A DNA stretch of 64,000 bases from the NCBI GenBank assembly GCA_905178155.1, contig CAJINV010000001.1, positions 2,532,089-2,596,088 of the forward strand, written 5' to 3'. Shown piece after piece: positions 26,455 to 38,800 of the stretch; positions within the stretch are counted from its first letter, which is position 1, and the number at the start of each line of letters is the position of its first letter. The notes under the pieces are model-generated. The model was not told where the DNA came from and ran no database searches. It saw only the letters and a list, made by a program, of their open reading frames with translations. The DNA is from Amoebophrya sp. A120. Its lineage: Eukaryota; Protista; Dinoflagellata. Made by a program: the position numbers and the translations under genes.

Positions 26455-26782
26455 TGGATTTGATACACTGCACCCCGGTAACAGAAACGCAGCTGCTCAC
26501 GACGACGACCACGACGAAGACGACTGCGAGAAAAAAAACTGCATATCCATATGGCCAGGTCGAGACTACACAAGCATCAGCGTTCAGAACACCGAACTGC
26601 AGCAGCTGCAGACACCTGCTGAGTAACACTGTAACCGCCACGAGCAGCATCGCGGACTCGGTAAGGTCCCACCGACAGTGACAGCTTCACGACTGTTTCC
26701 TTTCATCCCTGGTTGGTACTTAAGACTACGACTCGCGAGGAAGACGCGCATCAGTAACTCTCTCCGCCGGAAGCAGGCAGAC

Positions 26783-29121
26783 CTACACCGGCCCGGGAGG
26801 TGGCAGGGTCCCGACCTCCCGAAGCACGGCAGCCCTGCGCCGCGGGCCGTGCGAAAGAGAAAACCACGGCCGCGCAGCGCCTGCCCGGGGCAAGCGACAA
26901 GCGCGCAACAGCCATCATACGCCACCACTAGCGGCCCGGGCGGCCCCCCGGCCGGGCTTGCCCGGCGCGCGGCTTGGGCGCGGGCTGGGGGCCTTCCGGG
27001 GGGCCGGGAGACCGCCCCGGAAGCCCGGCCGCGGCGCCGACAAAGTGCGACGCACAACGTGCCGGAGGTCGCGCAAACGCGACAGCCCGGCCGCACCAAG
27101 TGCGCCGCAGGGCCTCCGGCCGGGCGCGAAATCGGACGCGCCCCGGGGCCGCTGCCATTTCGCGGCCTAACCGGGCCGGGCCCCTAGTGTTGTGGCTAGC
27201 CGGCGCGGCGACATTGCGGGCGCCCCGGCGGCGGCCCGGCGGGGCAAAAGCGGGGGAATGGCGCGGCGGGGCGCTGGGAGTCGTAGGAAGGACCCGAAAC
27301 GAGTGAGAGCCGGCATTAGAGCGCAGCGGGAACGCGTGTGGGTTGCGTGCGGCGCTCCGATGCACGAGGCGGCGCATTTGCAGTTTTTCAGATACGGCGC
27401 GTCGCTGCTGAACAGGGCACGCGCTACGTTCTCGAAATCCGCAAAACTTAGCCGTGAGTACTGTAGCGGCAGCTCCTCTCCGGGTAGCTTTCCACTTGGC
27501 GGCTACGCGCTTCACAGGCGTGCACACGGGTCAAAAGCGAGACAAAACCTGGGCGATGAGCAAGAACGCACTGGCTTGAGTGTATGCTGTTGCCACTCTA
27601 ATCGCGCACCTCATCGAATACGATAGCGAACGCCTCTGGCGCTATAAGCAGCGCCGTCGTTTCTGCCTGCTAGGCGTTGCGCCAGCTGCTCGCGGTCGTG
27701 TTCGTTTCGCAGCCGGCGGCGGGCCGGGCGCCTGGCGGAAAACTTCGCGCCGCGCTGCTTCCGGCGCCCGGGAGGCGTGCGCCACGATACCGGGACGCCG
27801 CAGGCGCCCCCCCCCCCTTCCACTGCCGCCCCCCAAGCGCGGCCCCGCCCTTTCACCCCGGGGCCGCGGTCCGCGCCCCCGCCGGCTGCCTTGGCCTCCT
27901 CCCGCCCGGCCCCCTCCGGCGCTGGCCCTGGGTATTGGGCAGATGTGGCCACATTTCGCAACGGCGGCAGGTGCGGCGCGCCATCTGCGTCTTGCCGTCA
28001 CTCCACCAATTCAGCTTCCTCCCCGCTTCGTCCGGAGACGCCACAGCGCGGCTCTTCGCGTACAGGATGCGCACGATGGGCCCGCTGGGCCCGCCGTGGC
28101 TTTCTTCGTGCCAAGCGCCGTTTCCCCAATTGCCGCCGTTGTGCCCCCGCCCGCCATGCTAGGCGCGGCGGCGCGAAGGGCAGCACGTGCCGGGCTGCTT
28201 CCCCACACCGCTCCGGCGCAGGGAAAGTGCGCAACCGCCCCCCCGGGCCGCCGTCTGGGTCTACCAAGTCGCCGAAGGCGCCGCGCCGCCCGCGTGGGCG
28301 ATCCATTTCCGGGAGTCCCGTGCGGGCTCCGCGATCCTGTGCCGGCGCTTCGGGAAGAAGGTGCGGAAGTGCCGGGCTGGCACCCTGCACGCCTTCGGCC
28401 GCCGCGGAGGCGGCGCACTAGGTTGGCGTAGCGCCTCTGCCTAGGCAGCAGATGCGAAACAGGGGCGCCGGCCGGAGGCCTGAACACGCGGCCAGGCGGG
28501 CCAGCAGCCGAGCGCGTCGCGCCGCCGCCCTTCCTCCTCTTCGGGTCGGCCCGGCTCCGAATTGCGAAACGCGGGCCGCCGGCCCTGGCCGAGGGGCGCC
28601 GCATTGCGGAACGCGGGCCCGCCGCTGTCGGCGCGCCTCGCGCCGCCGCCCTTCTCCTCCGTGGCTCGGCCCCGCATTGCGAAACACGGGCCGGCTCCGG
28701 TGTGGCGCCGCACTGTGGAACGGGGCCCGCCGCTGTCTGTGTGCGTGGCGGCGCCCTTCGATAGGCGTGGGCGGATAGGGGCTGCGGCCAAACGCGCGAA
28801 CATTTGGCGCCATGCCCTTGGCGCGCCCTGTCAGGAGCCCCAAGGACGGGCGCGGCGCTCCACTGCCGCCGCGTCGCTGCGCCGGAGGCTCCAGGAGGTT
28901 CCTTCCAATGCGAAGGCCGCAGCGGAAACAAAGGCGGGAAACGTGGCAGCAGCCTGATCGGGCGAACAGTGCCGGCCGGGCAGAAACACGCTGCCCCGAG
29001 GAGGCGCGCGGCCCGGGGGCCGCGTCGCTGCAGAAGCGCAGACGAGCGCCGCCCCGGACGCGCCGTGAGCGTTTACATTGTAACGACCTGCAAGGCGCCC
29101 TCGACCTTCCCGGCTGCCTAG
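26783..29121. other. very GC-rich intergenic island, probable decayed mobile element
   Basis: Abrupt GC rise; only R/A/G/P-rich spurious ORFs; weak inverted similarity of the ends; hairpin near 26794-26821; degenerate internal repeats at 28450-28745. Confidence 0.5.
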
Positions 29122-29875
29122 CTCAAAAAGCTCTTTCAACGTGGACTACTTCTTGGTTTTGGACATGCTGAACACGGACAAGACAAGACATCCACAAGAA
29201 CACACTCTGCTTCTTTGTTCGAATCACAGTCGGAGCAGTGCTCTTGGAGCAGGAGCATGCCGCTCCTGCTATGGCTTATTCTTGACAGCAATCTATTCAC
29301 CATTCACATCCGCTGAAAAAATCTTCCAGCTGGGTAGATTTGGCACGAGATTAAGGTAGATTAACAACAATTCGCTGAGGATGAAGTATTAGAATGAGAT
29401 ACACAAGCAGCAAAGACAGCTCCTTTATCTATCCTGAATTTGGTAGATTCTACTATATTTTCTAGTTTAGTGTAATCAGGCGAAGACGCATCTGTCTTGC
29501 TCTAGTTTCTTTCTCCGGGTAACTAACTTATTGACTTTTCAGCACAGTATCAAAGACAAGCACGAGTATTCGCTACCGCAGGGAAGCATTCGACTACTTC
29601 GGTTGTTATTTAGCATTCTTTTCCTTACTGTTAATTTCGACGGGCGTGATAGCCCTGTTGCTTTGTTAAAGTTTCTCTTACCTTTTCACGCGACTTCTGT
29701 TGCTTTGTAGATACTCTAGAATGACGAAATACAAGAACTACTTCTGGTTATCATTTGCTTTGTTGATTATAGTATTTAGAGTTTATTTCAGTTCGGCGAC
29801 AGATCACGACCAATCGCTGGATGCTCAGTTGTCTTTGGCGCCGCTGGCAGCTTCAACCTGCACTACGTCGCCCGC

Positions 29876-32800
29876 TCACCCGTACGCTTTGTACCGGTCC
29901 TCCATGTTTTGCCGGTACCGGCTCTTTGCTTTCGGCGCTTTCCGCGTGTCCAACACGGCTTGCCAGAGTTCAAACGCGTACTCGCTCTCGTGCACCTGCT
30001 TCAAGATCACCGCCTCCTTCATGATACGGTGCAGCCGCCAGGCCAGGAATTCGGCGGTGCTCACGTATAACCTGCTCAGGTGTTACAATCTTAAACGTTA
30101 CAATAGAGTCAGGAAATTGTCTTGCATAATGAGCATGACAGACTCGTAGACCATTCCACTTTCTGCAAGACAAATTTCGGCAGATTGTAGTGCGGTTTGG
30201 GACTCCGGAAGTTGTCATGCGCAGTCCTATGCGACTTGGTTAGATCACGCACCTCTTGCGTCACAGATTTCCAAATTCTATTGTAACGTTTGAGATTGTA
30301 ACATCTGAGCGGGCCATATCACGCCCACGTAGAGGAAGTCCATGGTGTTTTGGTACCAGGACAGGTAGCCGTCGAACGTTTCCGTCTTCGTCGCCATGAA
30401 CAGAACGGTGAACACGTATCCTGCGTGGATGGCGGGGCGGAGCACGTGCAGCCAGCCAAAATACAGCAAGAACATAATGACGGTGGCGGCGGACTGTGCA
30501 GACGTTTTGGATTATTTGCATAGTACGCATGGCTTTGCATAATTTTCATGACGTTCTTGCAGAAGATCAAGATCATGCTGAAGATTTGGAAATAAAAATA
30601 CAGAGAAACAGACTTTTCAAAAACCAGTGGATAGTAGTACCCTTGGTGCTGGTGTGACGGCCGCAAAGATGAACATGAGGAACGTGAGGCTGATCTTCAG
30701 GTACGTCAAGAACGCGTCCCCGGTCGCCGACACCTTGTGCCAGTACTTCATCTTCTGTTGCCGCATCTCCTCGTCGAGCTGGAACTCCTTCAGGTCCAAG
30801 TACGGATGAAAAAACACGTCCTCGAAGAAGCTGGTGAGCAGCGAGGAGACGATGTCCGCGAGCGCGATGTAGACGATGAAGTACCCCTGGAAGCCCATGT
30901 CGAAGGGGAGGCCGAGCAGGTCCACCAGTGGCTCCTCGCTGGCCGCCACGTCCTCGTTCAGCGTCGCGTGACTGCCGAACACCGCCCAGCTAAAGATGAA
31001 CGCCGCGATCACGAGCCGGGTTTCCCACAGGTTCTCGCGGTGCGCTTTCGACGGCCGCGCGTAATTCTCGAAAATACGCACGAAGTGGTTGCGTTGGAGG
31101 AAAAGGATCACGTACCTGTCGGGTTGGGAAGGATTGAATTTGGAAGGTTGAACCAAGTGTGCTGAAACGATTTTTAAACCCAAGCCACTTGTTGTACTAG
31201 GTACTGATCCACCTTGTGATCGACATCTAAAGCAGAATCAATACAGTCCTTGCGGCGTCCACCGGGTCCACTGGAGTCGTTGGACGATCGGAAACAAATC
31301 CCGCAACTCCTCTTTGTCCAGCTGCATTTTTTGCCCGAGTTCGGGCTTTTTACTTCTCTCCAGCTTGGCCTTCTTGTCCCGCACGGAATCCAGGTACTTC
31401 CCCCAGTTTTGCTCGTAGGCACCCAGTTCGTGCTGGCGCACGAAGTCGCGTATCCCGCGGATCTGGTGTGCTGTGCGGTGCTGCTTCGCGATGGCGATCT
31501 TCTTCTGTTGCGCGGCAAGCTCGGCATTCTTGTATTTGTCGAAGCTGTCGTCCACGCCCCACTCTTTGTCGCCCTTAGCGACGCCCGCGACCACGTTTTC
31601 GCCCTCCGCAAGAATGTCGTTCTCTTCCTCGTAGGGCACAATAGCGCTGCTGTACGGAACGACAGCCCCTGGGGGATTTTGGATATATGATGTGGAATTT
31701 GATTTTTTGGCAAATTTTCGTTTCAAATCAGAGCATGCAGGCTGAGACTAAAAAAATCAGCAGCATACACATACTTCAGTTAAACATGAAGAAAACAGTT
31801 GAATCGATTATCATACCGTCCGTGGTCCCACTTTGAAACGTTGCACCGGGCAAGGCTAGTTGCAAGCCACCTCCGGGACTGGTTGCGGTCATGGATCTCT
31901 CCAGATCCTCTTCGGTCTCGAACTCGCTCCCCGCCTCATCCCCGATCGCCTCACCGCTCGCTTCGCCGTCCGGCCACTGCCACTGCGTCACGCCGGTTTG
32001 GTCGTTCATGTAGTAGACCCGGCCGGAACGCGAGACCTTCTCTTGCCACGGGAACGGTAAAACTGGTACCTCCCACTGGGTGATATTGGAAATCACGTTC
32101 ACGTAGTAGATCTTGCCGTCGGAGCTCACGTGCACCTCCCAGTTCTTCGGCAATTCCACGCCCCTCAACCGGTCTGGCTGCTGGCCGGCGCGGGCCACCT
32201 GCGCGTTCTCGCCCACGCCACCCAGGGTGGGCCGGAACTGGTCCATCTGTGCGGCGGTGGTGTTTCGCAGCGCCAGCTGCGTGCCCTGTGGTGGGGGGAG
32301 CGCGAGCGAGACGTCCGTCTGACCCGTGGCGGCTGGTGGCCGACCGGGCACGTGGGCGTGCTGCGCGTTCGTGACCACGTTGCGCGGACTCTGCACCGGT
32401 GATTTGCGATGGGCGCCTTCTACTTGTTTCTCCTGATTCATAGCAGAAGACCTCGGTGGCGTTTCTTGTTCCCTTTCTTCACGACCTCCTGCGGGCGGAG
32501 AGAACTCTGGCAGGGCTGCTGTTGATGTGTCGCCGGGAGGTTTGCGCTGCGGCGACGTTGTTTTTCTCCTCGACGATGGTACTACCGCAGTTCTCTGCGC
32601 GCCGGCCGTTTCTGTTTCTCCTCCTGGCGGTTCGTCCTTTATCTTTTCCACCGCGCGGCCTTCTTCTCCCACCCCGCCTGACTCGTCGTCTGGCGCCACC
32701 TTTGATGCAGCTTTCCGCTCGCTCATCTCGATCGCCACCTCTTTCCGCGTCCGCCGTCGTTTCGCCCTGCTTGGTAGCGGAGGCGTCGGCGGATTCGCGC

Positions 32801-35800
32801 GCCACTCCTCGTTCGGTTCTGGCGGCTTCCCGCGTGGCGTTCTACAGGTGGACGAAGAGCTGCCGCCGGACTGGAAGTTCTTGGACTCAATCAGCGTTGT
32901 GTACTCAATACCACCGACTAATACTTTTTCAGAATTGACGAACGCTGGCAGAGGGTTCGATGAACCACGATCTCCTCGCAGTATCCTTCTCCTCAAAAAG
33001 TTTGCATCCGTAGAAGAACTGCTGCCGCCGAAACTTGTGGTCCCCGAGGTCGAGCTTATGGTTTCAAAATTGTGCTGCCCCTCTTTAATACTCGCCTTGA
33101 CCGAAACCGCGGTCGCCTCCAGGTCCTCAGAACTACTAGACGGTTGGGCGAACTTGTGCTTCCCCTCGGCCGCCGGGCCGGGGGTCGCCACCGCCATGTC
33201 CACGACCGAAGCGTCCTGCGGCGACGATCCCATCGCTGCGAGCTCATCCAGAGCTTCCATCGTCCGCTTCTGCTGCAGGTGCGCTGCCTCCTTCGGCAGA
33301 CCCGGGCCCGGGATCAGATCCGGCTCATTCGTGCTCTTCTGTAGCGTCTGCTGCTTAAACGTTTCGTTCAAAATACTCGTCTATCCTGTGCAAAAGTATC
33401 GCACTCGTACTCGTAGTAATCGCAATCATGCATTACAAATTCTCATCCCAAGGTAAAACAGCATTACAAATTCCATTTGTTCATGCTGAGCTAATTTGTA
33501 ATGCGGTTACTACTAGTACGATACTTTTGCAATGCATATCGTCGCCTTCGGGTCTATCCTGCCGTCCGACGGGTCTTGCACCAAACTCCCTCGCACCTGT
33601 GTGGCCTTCACCGTCTCCAACCGCTTGCCGTCCGGCCCGTACTCGGGTCTCGTGTCCAGCTCCTCTTGCCGCATCTGCTGCAGCCTCTCCAGTGTCATGT
33701 GCTTCTCCGGGTCCTCGGGAATGATCTCGTCGCCGGGTTTCGGGAAGTTCCACTGCGTCTTGCCGCTGGACGGGTAGAAGTAGTAGGCTCGGTCGAACTT
33801 GTGCGAGAAACAGAGCATCCAGCCCGGCGGGAGCACCATCGCGCCCCACGCGGCCTCCTTCGGCAGCTCCATGGCGACGAAGTCAGTGAGAAGATTTCGG
33901 TACGCCCTTTCCCCCGTGTCTTCCCGGACGATGTGCTGCCACCCGGGCGGCAGCTCCGGCAGCTTGCCCGGTTCGTCCTCCTGTAGTATTTCACCGAAGC
34001 AATTTGACGATTCGTAATTTCGCTCTAAGCGCGACATGGACCATGTCTTTCGATTTCGTGCTGCTTTACGCAACTACAAAAGGAGCAACGCTCTACCTAA
34101 AACTGGAGTTCCGCTTCAGCATCTTCACAAAAGGCTTATACTATATTTAATTTGAGTACCCCTTCCAGCCCCAACAGCGCCTCCAGCTCGTTCTTTGGCT
34201 CGTTGTCGAAGAGCACATCCTCGAGTTTCGGCACGTCTGGCGCCTCCTGGGGCATGCCATCCATGTCCCCATCGGAAACCGAAGACTCGTACTCCGAACT
34301 CTCCGCACTTCCGAGGATGTCATGGATGGTTTCTATTCGGATATTCTGCCCGTCCACGTGGATGTCGTCTGGGTGGAGCTCGGTTTGCTGGAAAAAGTGC
34401 TCGTAGAGTCGATTTCTAGTCTTTTCGCGCATCGACCGGAGCTCGCGAACCTGGTGTACGTCGTTTGTGTGGGGTGCGCATAAGATTAAGAATCGGCAAT
34501 GAAAAACTCGTCCCATTAAAATCAAACCACGACCACTGGTGAGCACATGATACATGGTAATAAATATCTCGAGCGGGCCTGGAGGCAGTGGAGAAACAGA
34601 GCATCTGGATCAATCTGCTACGCTTGATAGCACGAAACTTAAAAGAAAAAAAGCTATCTACCTCATTGGTCATCATCTCTTCGTGGCGAAATCGGACGCA
34701 ATTTCGCCACTCCACTCCCCTTTCCATCCTTGCCCTCTCCCTTCTTCTCCACCACCTCTTGACCCGCTCCTGCGCCCGGTTCACTTTGAAGAAGAATTCG
34801 TAGGTGAATTTCGACGCGGAGACCAGCATGACCGGCACGCCCTCGGTCAAGACCACCGGCTTCAGCTTCCGCTGCCGCAACACTTTGTAGAACGGGTCCT
34901 TGGCTTCCTCCCTTGCGATCTCCTGCAGCCGCTCGTGCTCCTTCAAGCGTTCCAGCCGTTCTTGCTCCGCGAGGAGAAACAAAATCTGGCTCAACGTCGC
35001 TTCACTCGGCCAGAACTTGGTCTTGTCTGCGTGGGATGCGAATCTTCGTACGAAGTAGAAGAGCAACAGGATGAACAGAATCCAGTAGGTGATGTTGTTG
35101 TGGATCGATTTGTTCAGGTACACCACCCCGGGCTGCGCGTAGGCCGGCTTGGGCAGCGTCTCGAGGCCCCAGATCTGGTAGCCGCCGGCGAACCCGTCGT
35201 TGAACTGGTTGATGATGTGGTCGCAGGTGGCGTACACCATGTCCTCGCGCGCCTTGCTCCACCGCGTGATGCAGCCGCCATCCGTCCACCCGCGCATCGT
35301 CCGGTACATCTGGGTCCGCTCCCCGCCCGCGGTCACGCGCATCCCGTCATCGAGTAAATTTTCCTTCCACCAGACGGCTTATCCTGAGCAAAAACGTCCC
35401 CACCCTATAGTCAAGACGAGAAATCTCCTACACAGATCAGCAAGCTTTTGCTGTTGCGCATGACAAGCTTGGCCTCGTAGTGTAATCCTGTTTAGCTAGT
35501 TCAGCAGCATCACAGATGTAGCATATCATGCTGATTGGACGATGACAAATTCCGAAACGCGACTAGAAAACGCTTGTTATGGGGCTCCGCATGACAAACA
35601 TTTCCAGCATGCAGATTTGCATGACAACTCTGGGGTGGGGACGTTTTTACTCAGGATACGACGCGGTAGGGATTCATGTCCCCGTACCCGTACCGGTTCT
35701 CGCGGACCAGGTCGGTCTCGAGCCGGAAATCCAGCTCCAAGGCCTGGATCTTCTGCACCAGGAGCGGCTCGCCGCACGACCGTAGGCCTAAAGAGTAGAC

Positions 35801-38800
35801 CAGGGTCACGTTGTTCCGGATCCCCGCGTCACCGTAGGCGTAGAAGAAGGGGTCCTTTGGCCAAGACACCGCGTAAATGGACACGTCGTCCATGAACTTT
35901 TGGTTGTGCTCCCAGCACTTGTGGCGGTTGAAATCTGATTTTTGCAAGTGGTGAAAATGAAAATTTTGATCTTCGAAGAGCGCTGCGTGGCTGCAAGAAC
36001 GTTTTTTCGAAAAACGCAGTAGACGCCGTGGCAGTCATGCTCATGAAATTCTGCAGCATACAAAACGCAAGGAGGACAGCTAAAGATTGATTGACTCAAA
36101 ATTTAGTAACTACTATACCCATCATAATGTTCCCGACCGTGCTCGGTGGTGGCGTGGTCATGACGACATGATTGCTCAGCTCCCTCGCCGGATCTGCCTC
36201 AATGAGCAGCTTACGCAGGTCTGCGTCCTCCGGAGACATCAAATCAGAGGACCCCTCACTGCTCGGCGAGGACCCCGCAATTGTAGTATCCGCCTGGATA
36301 CCGAGCTGTCTCTGCCTGCCCGCCGGCGCCTGCGTGGTGGTCACGCCCATCAAGGCCGCGGTGACCCCGGGCGGCTGCATCGGAAAGGGATTCGCGTTCG
36401 CGCCCATGTCTGCATCTCCGTAGTTCATGTGGAACACCGAGGACGTGCTGTGTGCGGGGTTCATGATCACGTCCGTCATCGGGGTGCCCATCAGCGCCAC
36501 CCGCGTGTACGGGAACGGCCATCGACCAACCAGGTTCGCGTTTGGGACCTGAAGAAAAGTGGTGCAAATTGTTTTCAATCGAAATAAAGGCCTGTAAAGA
36601 TCAAACTCCTAGCATAACAGTGCGCCGAGAAAGAAACTCGCAAAAACACAGCCAACGTGCTCCAACAGCAACAGCATTGACCTTGCACAAAAGCAAACCC
36701 AAACTCTGGCTCTGCGTGAGAAAATAGAAAACTATACCAGCATTTTTCCCATGCCGTTGTTCTCCGCCCCGGTTTCGTACAGTGCCGGCTTGTCCTTCGA
36801 AATGGAAATTGACAACGACATTCCCGGCTTCCCCGTATGGTCGTAATACGGCGCGGTCACCGTCCGCATTTCCCCGTGCGCGGCGCCCGCGACGTACGAC
36901 TCGGCGATGTTCACAACCCCGGAAATGATCTCCTTCGACAACTTTGCGTCGATGTGGTCCGTGAAGTTGAAGTTCGCGACGGTGCGCTGGTTCCGCGCCA
37001 GGTGCAAGTGCCGGGTCCTCTCCAGCAGAATGGACTCCGCCTCCAGAAACTCGCTCGCCGCCGTGTCGAAGTGGAACAGCATCCCGTTGGAGTCCCGGAA
37101 CCGGCGCATCACCACGTTGATCGCGTCCGCGGCCAGGATGTCGATCGTGCTGTTCTTGAAGACGCCAATCTGCTTCGTCATCAACAGCAGCGAATTCGCC
37201 AGCGTGTTGATGTGGTAAAGCTCGTTGATGGTGTTCAGCTTCTTGTGCGTCATCAAGTGGTTCATAGCGTGGTTGGTCAGCTGCCGTGGGGAAGAAGAAG
37301 AAGAAGACTCATGCTCTTTCGCATTTTGTTGATTTTCCGCTTGTCCTTGTTCCGCCTGTCGCATCGCCGGCACTCTGGCCGCTTCACTCATCACCTTCGA
37401 CAGCAACTTGGCGTCGACGTTCAGCCCTGTTTTCCTCTTCGTCGTGTCCTGCATCAGTTCCAGCTCGAGAAGCTCCGGCTTTTCTTCTCCTCCGCCCATG
37501 TTCATTTGATTCCCTTCCTCCAACTCCCGCAATAAAGCTGTCGTGTTCGGCGGCGCTGTGGTGGCGGTGTTCGTTGCCACCGCACTGGAGATCGTCTGCC
37601 CCTCGGCACTGGGCTGGTCCGGCGGCTGGAAGTCCGGTTTAAGCAAGTTTTCGCTCGCGAGCTGCCCCGCCGCGAAGGCGAGACTGTTCAGCACCTGCCG
37701 CACGAACTTTTCCGCGCGTTCCCGCTGCGCCTTGCTCACCAGTGGCGGCTTGTCCAGCGGCTGCACGAACGTAATCGTCGGATCGTTCTCGAACGCCATG
37801 GTTTCCCAGTCGAACGTCCAGAAATTCGGCATGTCCTTCGTGATCACCTCGTAGATCAACGCGATCTCTCCGCCCGGCTGGTTGTTTCCCCGCAGCTGCG
37901 CCAGCGCGTCGCTGGTCCGCCGGACAAACTCGTCCAGCGCTTCCAACTTCTTGATCGGGCTGTAGGTCACGTCCTCCTGGTGCAGTTCCTTCACCTCGAT
38001 GCACGCGTAGGTCGCGCCCTCAGCGCCTAATCGATCCCGGGCGATGCCGCCGATCAGGTAGTTGCCCTGCGCGAACGTGGTCTCCATGTCGGAGCGGAAG
38101 GAGAATTCCCGCATCTCCTTGAAGACCGGCGTGAGCGTCTCCGCCAGGTACTTCGTCGCGTTCCGCCGGATCACCGGCGAGGACTGGAAGTCGCGGCAGT
38201 CGACGAAGGCCTGCTGCAGGCTCGTGGGAATCTCGGCGTACACGTACTTGTACAGCAGCGGGGCGTAGTTGGTGGCGAAAATCATGTCCAGCTGGAACAT
38301 GTCCTTGACCGCGATACCGCTGGTCGGCACCGAAATCAGGTTCGGACTCCCCGGCCGCACGGCCGCCTCCATGGTGTTGCCGTGCACGCCGCGCAACCGC
38401 TTCTGGCCGTCCGGATCGAGGTTTTCTTCCGGGAAGCGGTAGGGGTAGTCTAAATGCTGCTTCGTCAACGACAAGCGGTCCGTGGTCTCGTTGGTGTACC
38501 GGTAGAACGCGGTCAGTTTGTTCGCGACCGACTTCTCCGCGCCGACCACCAAATAGTCGTAGACGAAGCCGGCGGTGAGCACTTTGTCGTAGCCCCGGAA
38601 TTTGTACTCCAGCATCTGCGTGGACTCCGTGATCGTGATCCCCAGGTCCCGCCGGTACTTCTGAAAGGACGCCGTCATCTCCGTCGTGACGTTCAGTTCC
38701 GGGTACCCGCCCGCCATGGTGCGCAGGTCGTTCAGGGCCTTCGTGTTGTTCGCGTCGATCAGCATCAGGTTCCGGAAGGGCTCGCGCGGGTCCGTGCCGC

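Noticed and set aside
26584-29171. Many overlapping 100-300 aa ORFs on both strands
   Set aside because: They are R/A/G/P-rich products of stop-codon scarcity in very high GC DNA, with no domains or codon bias.
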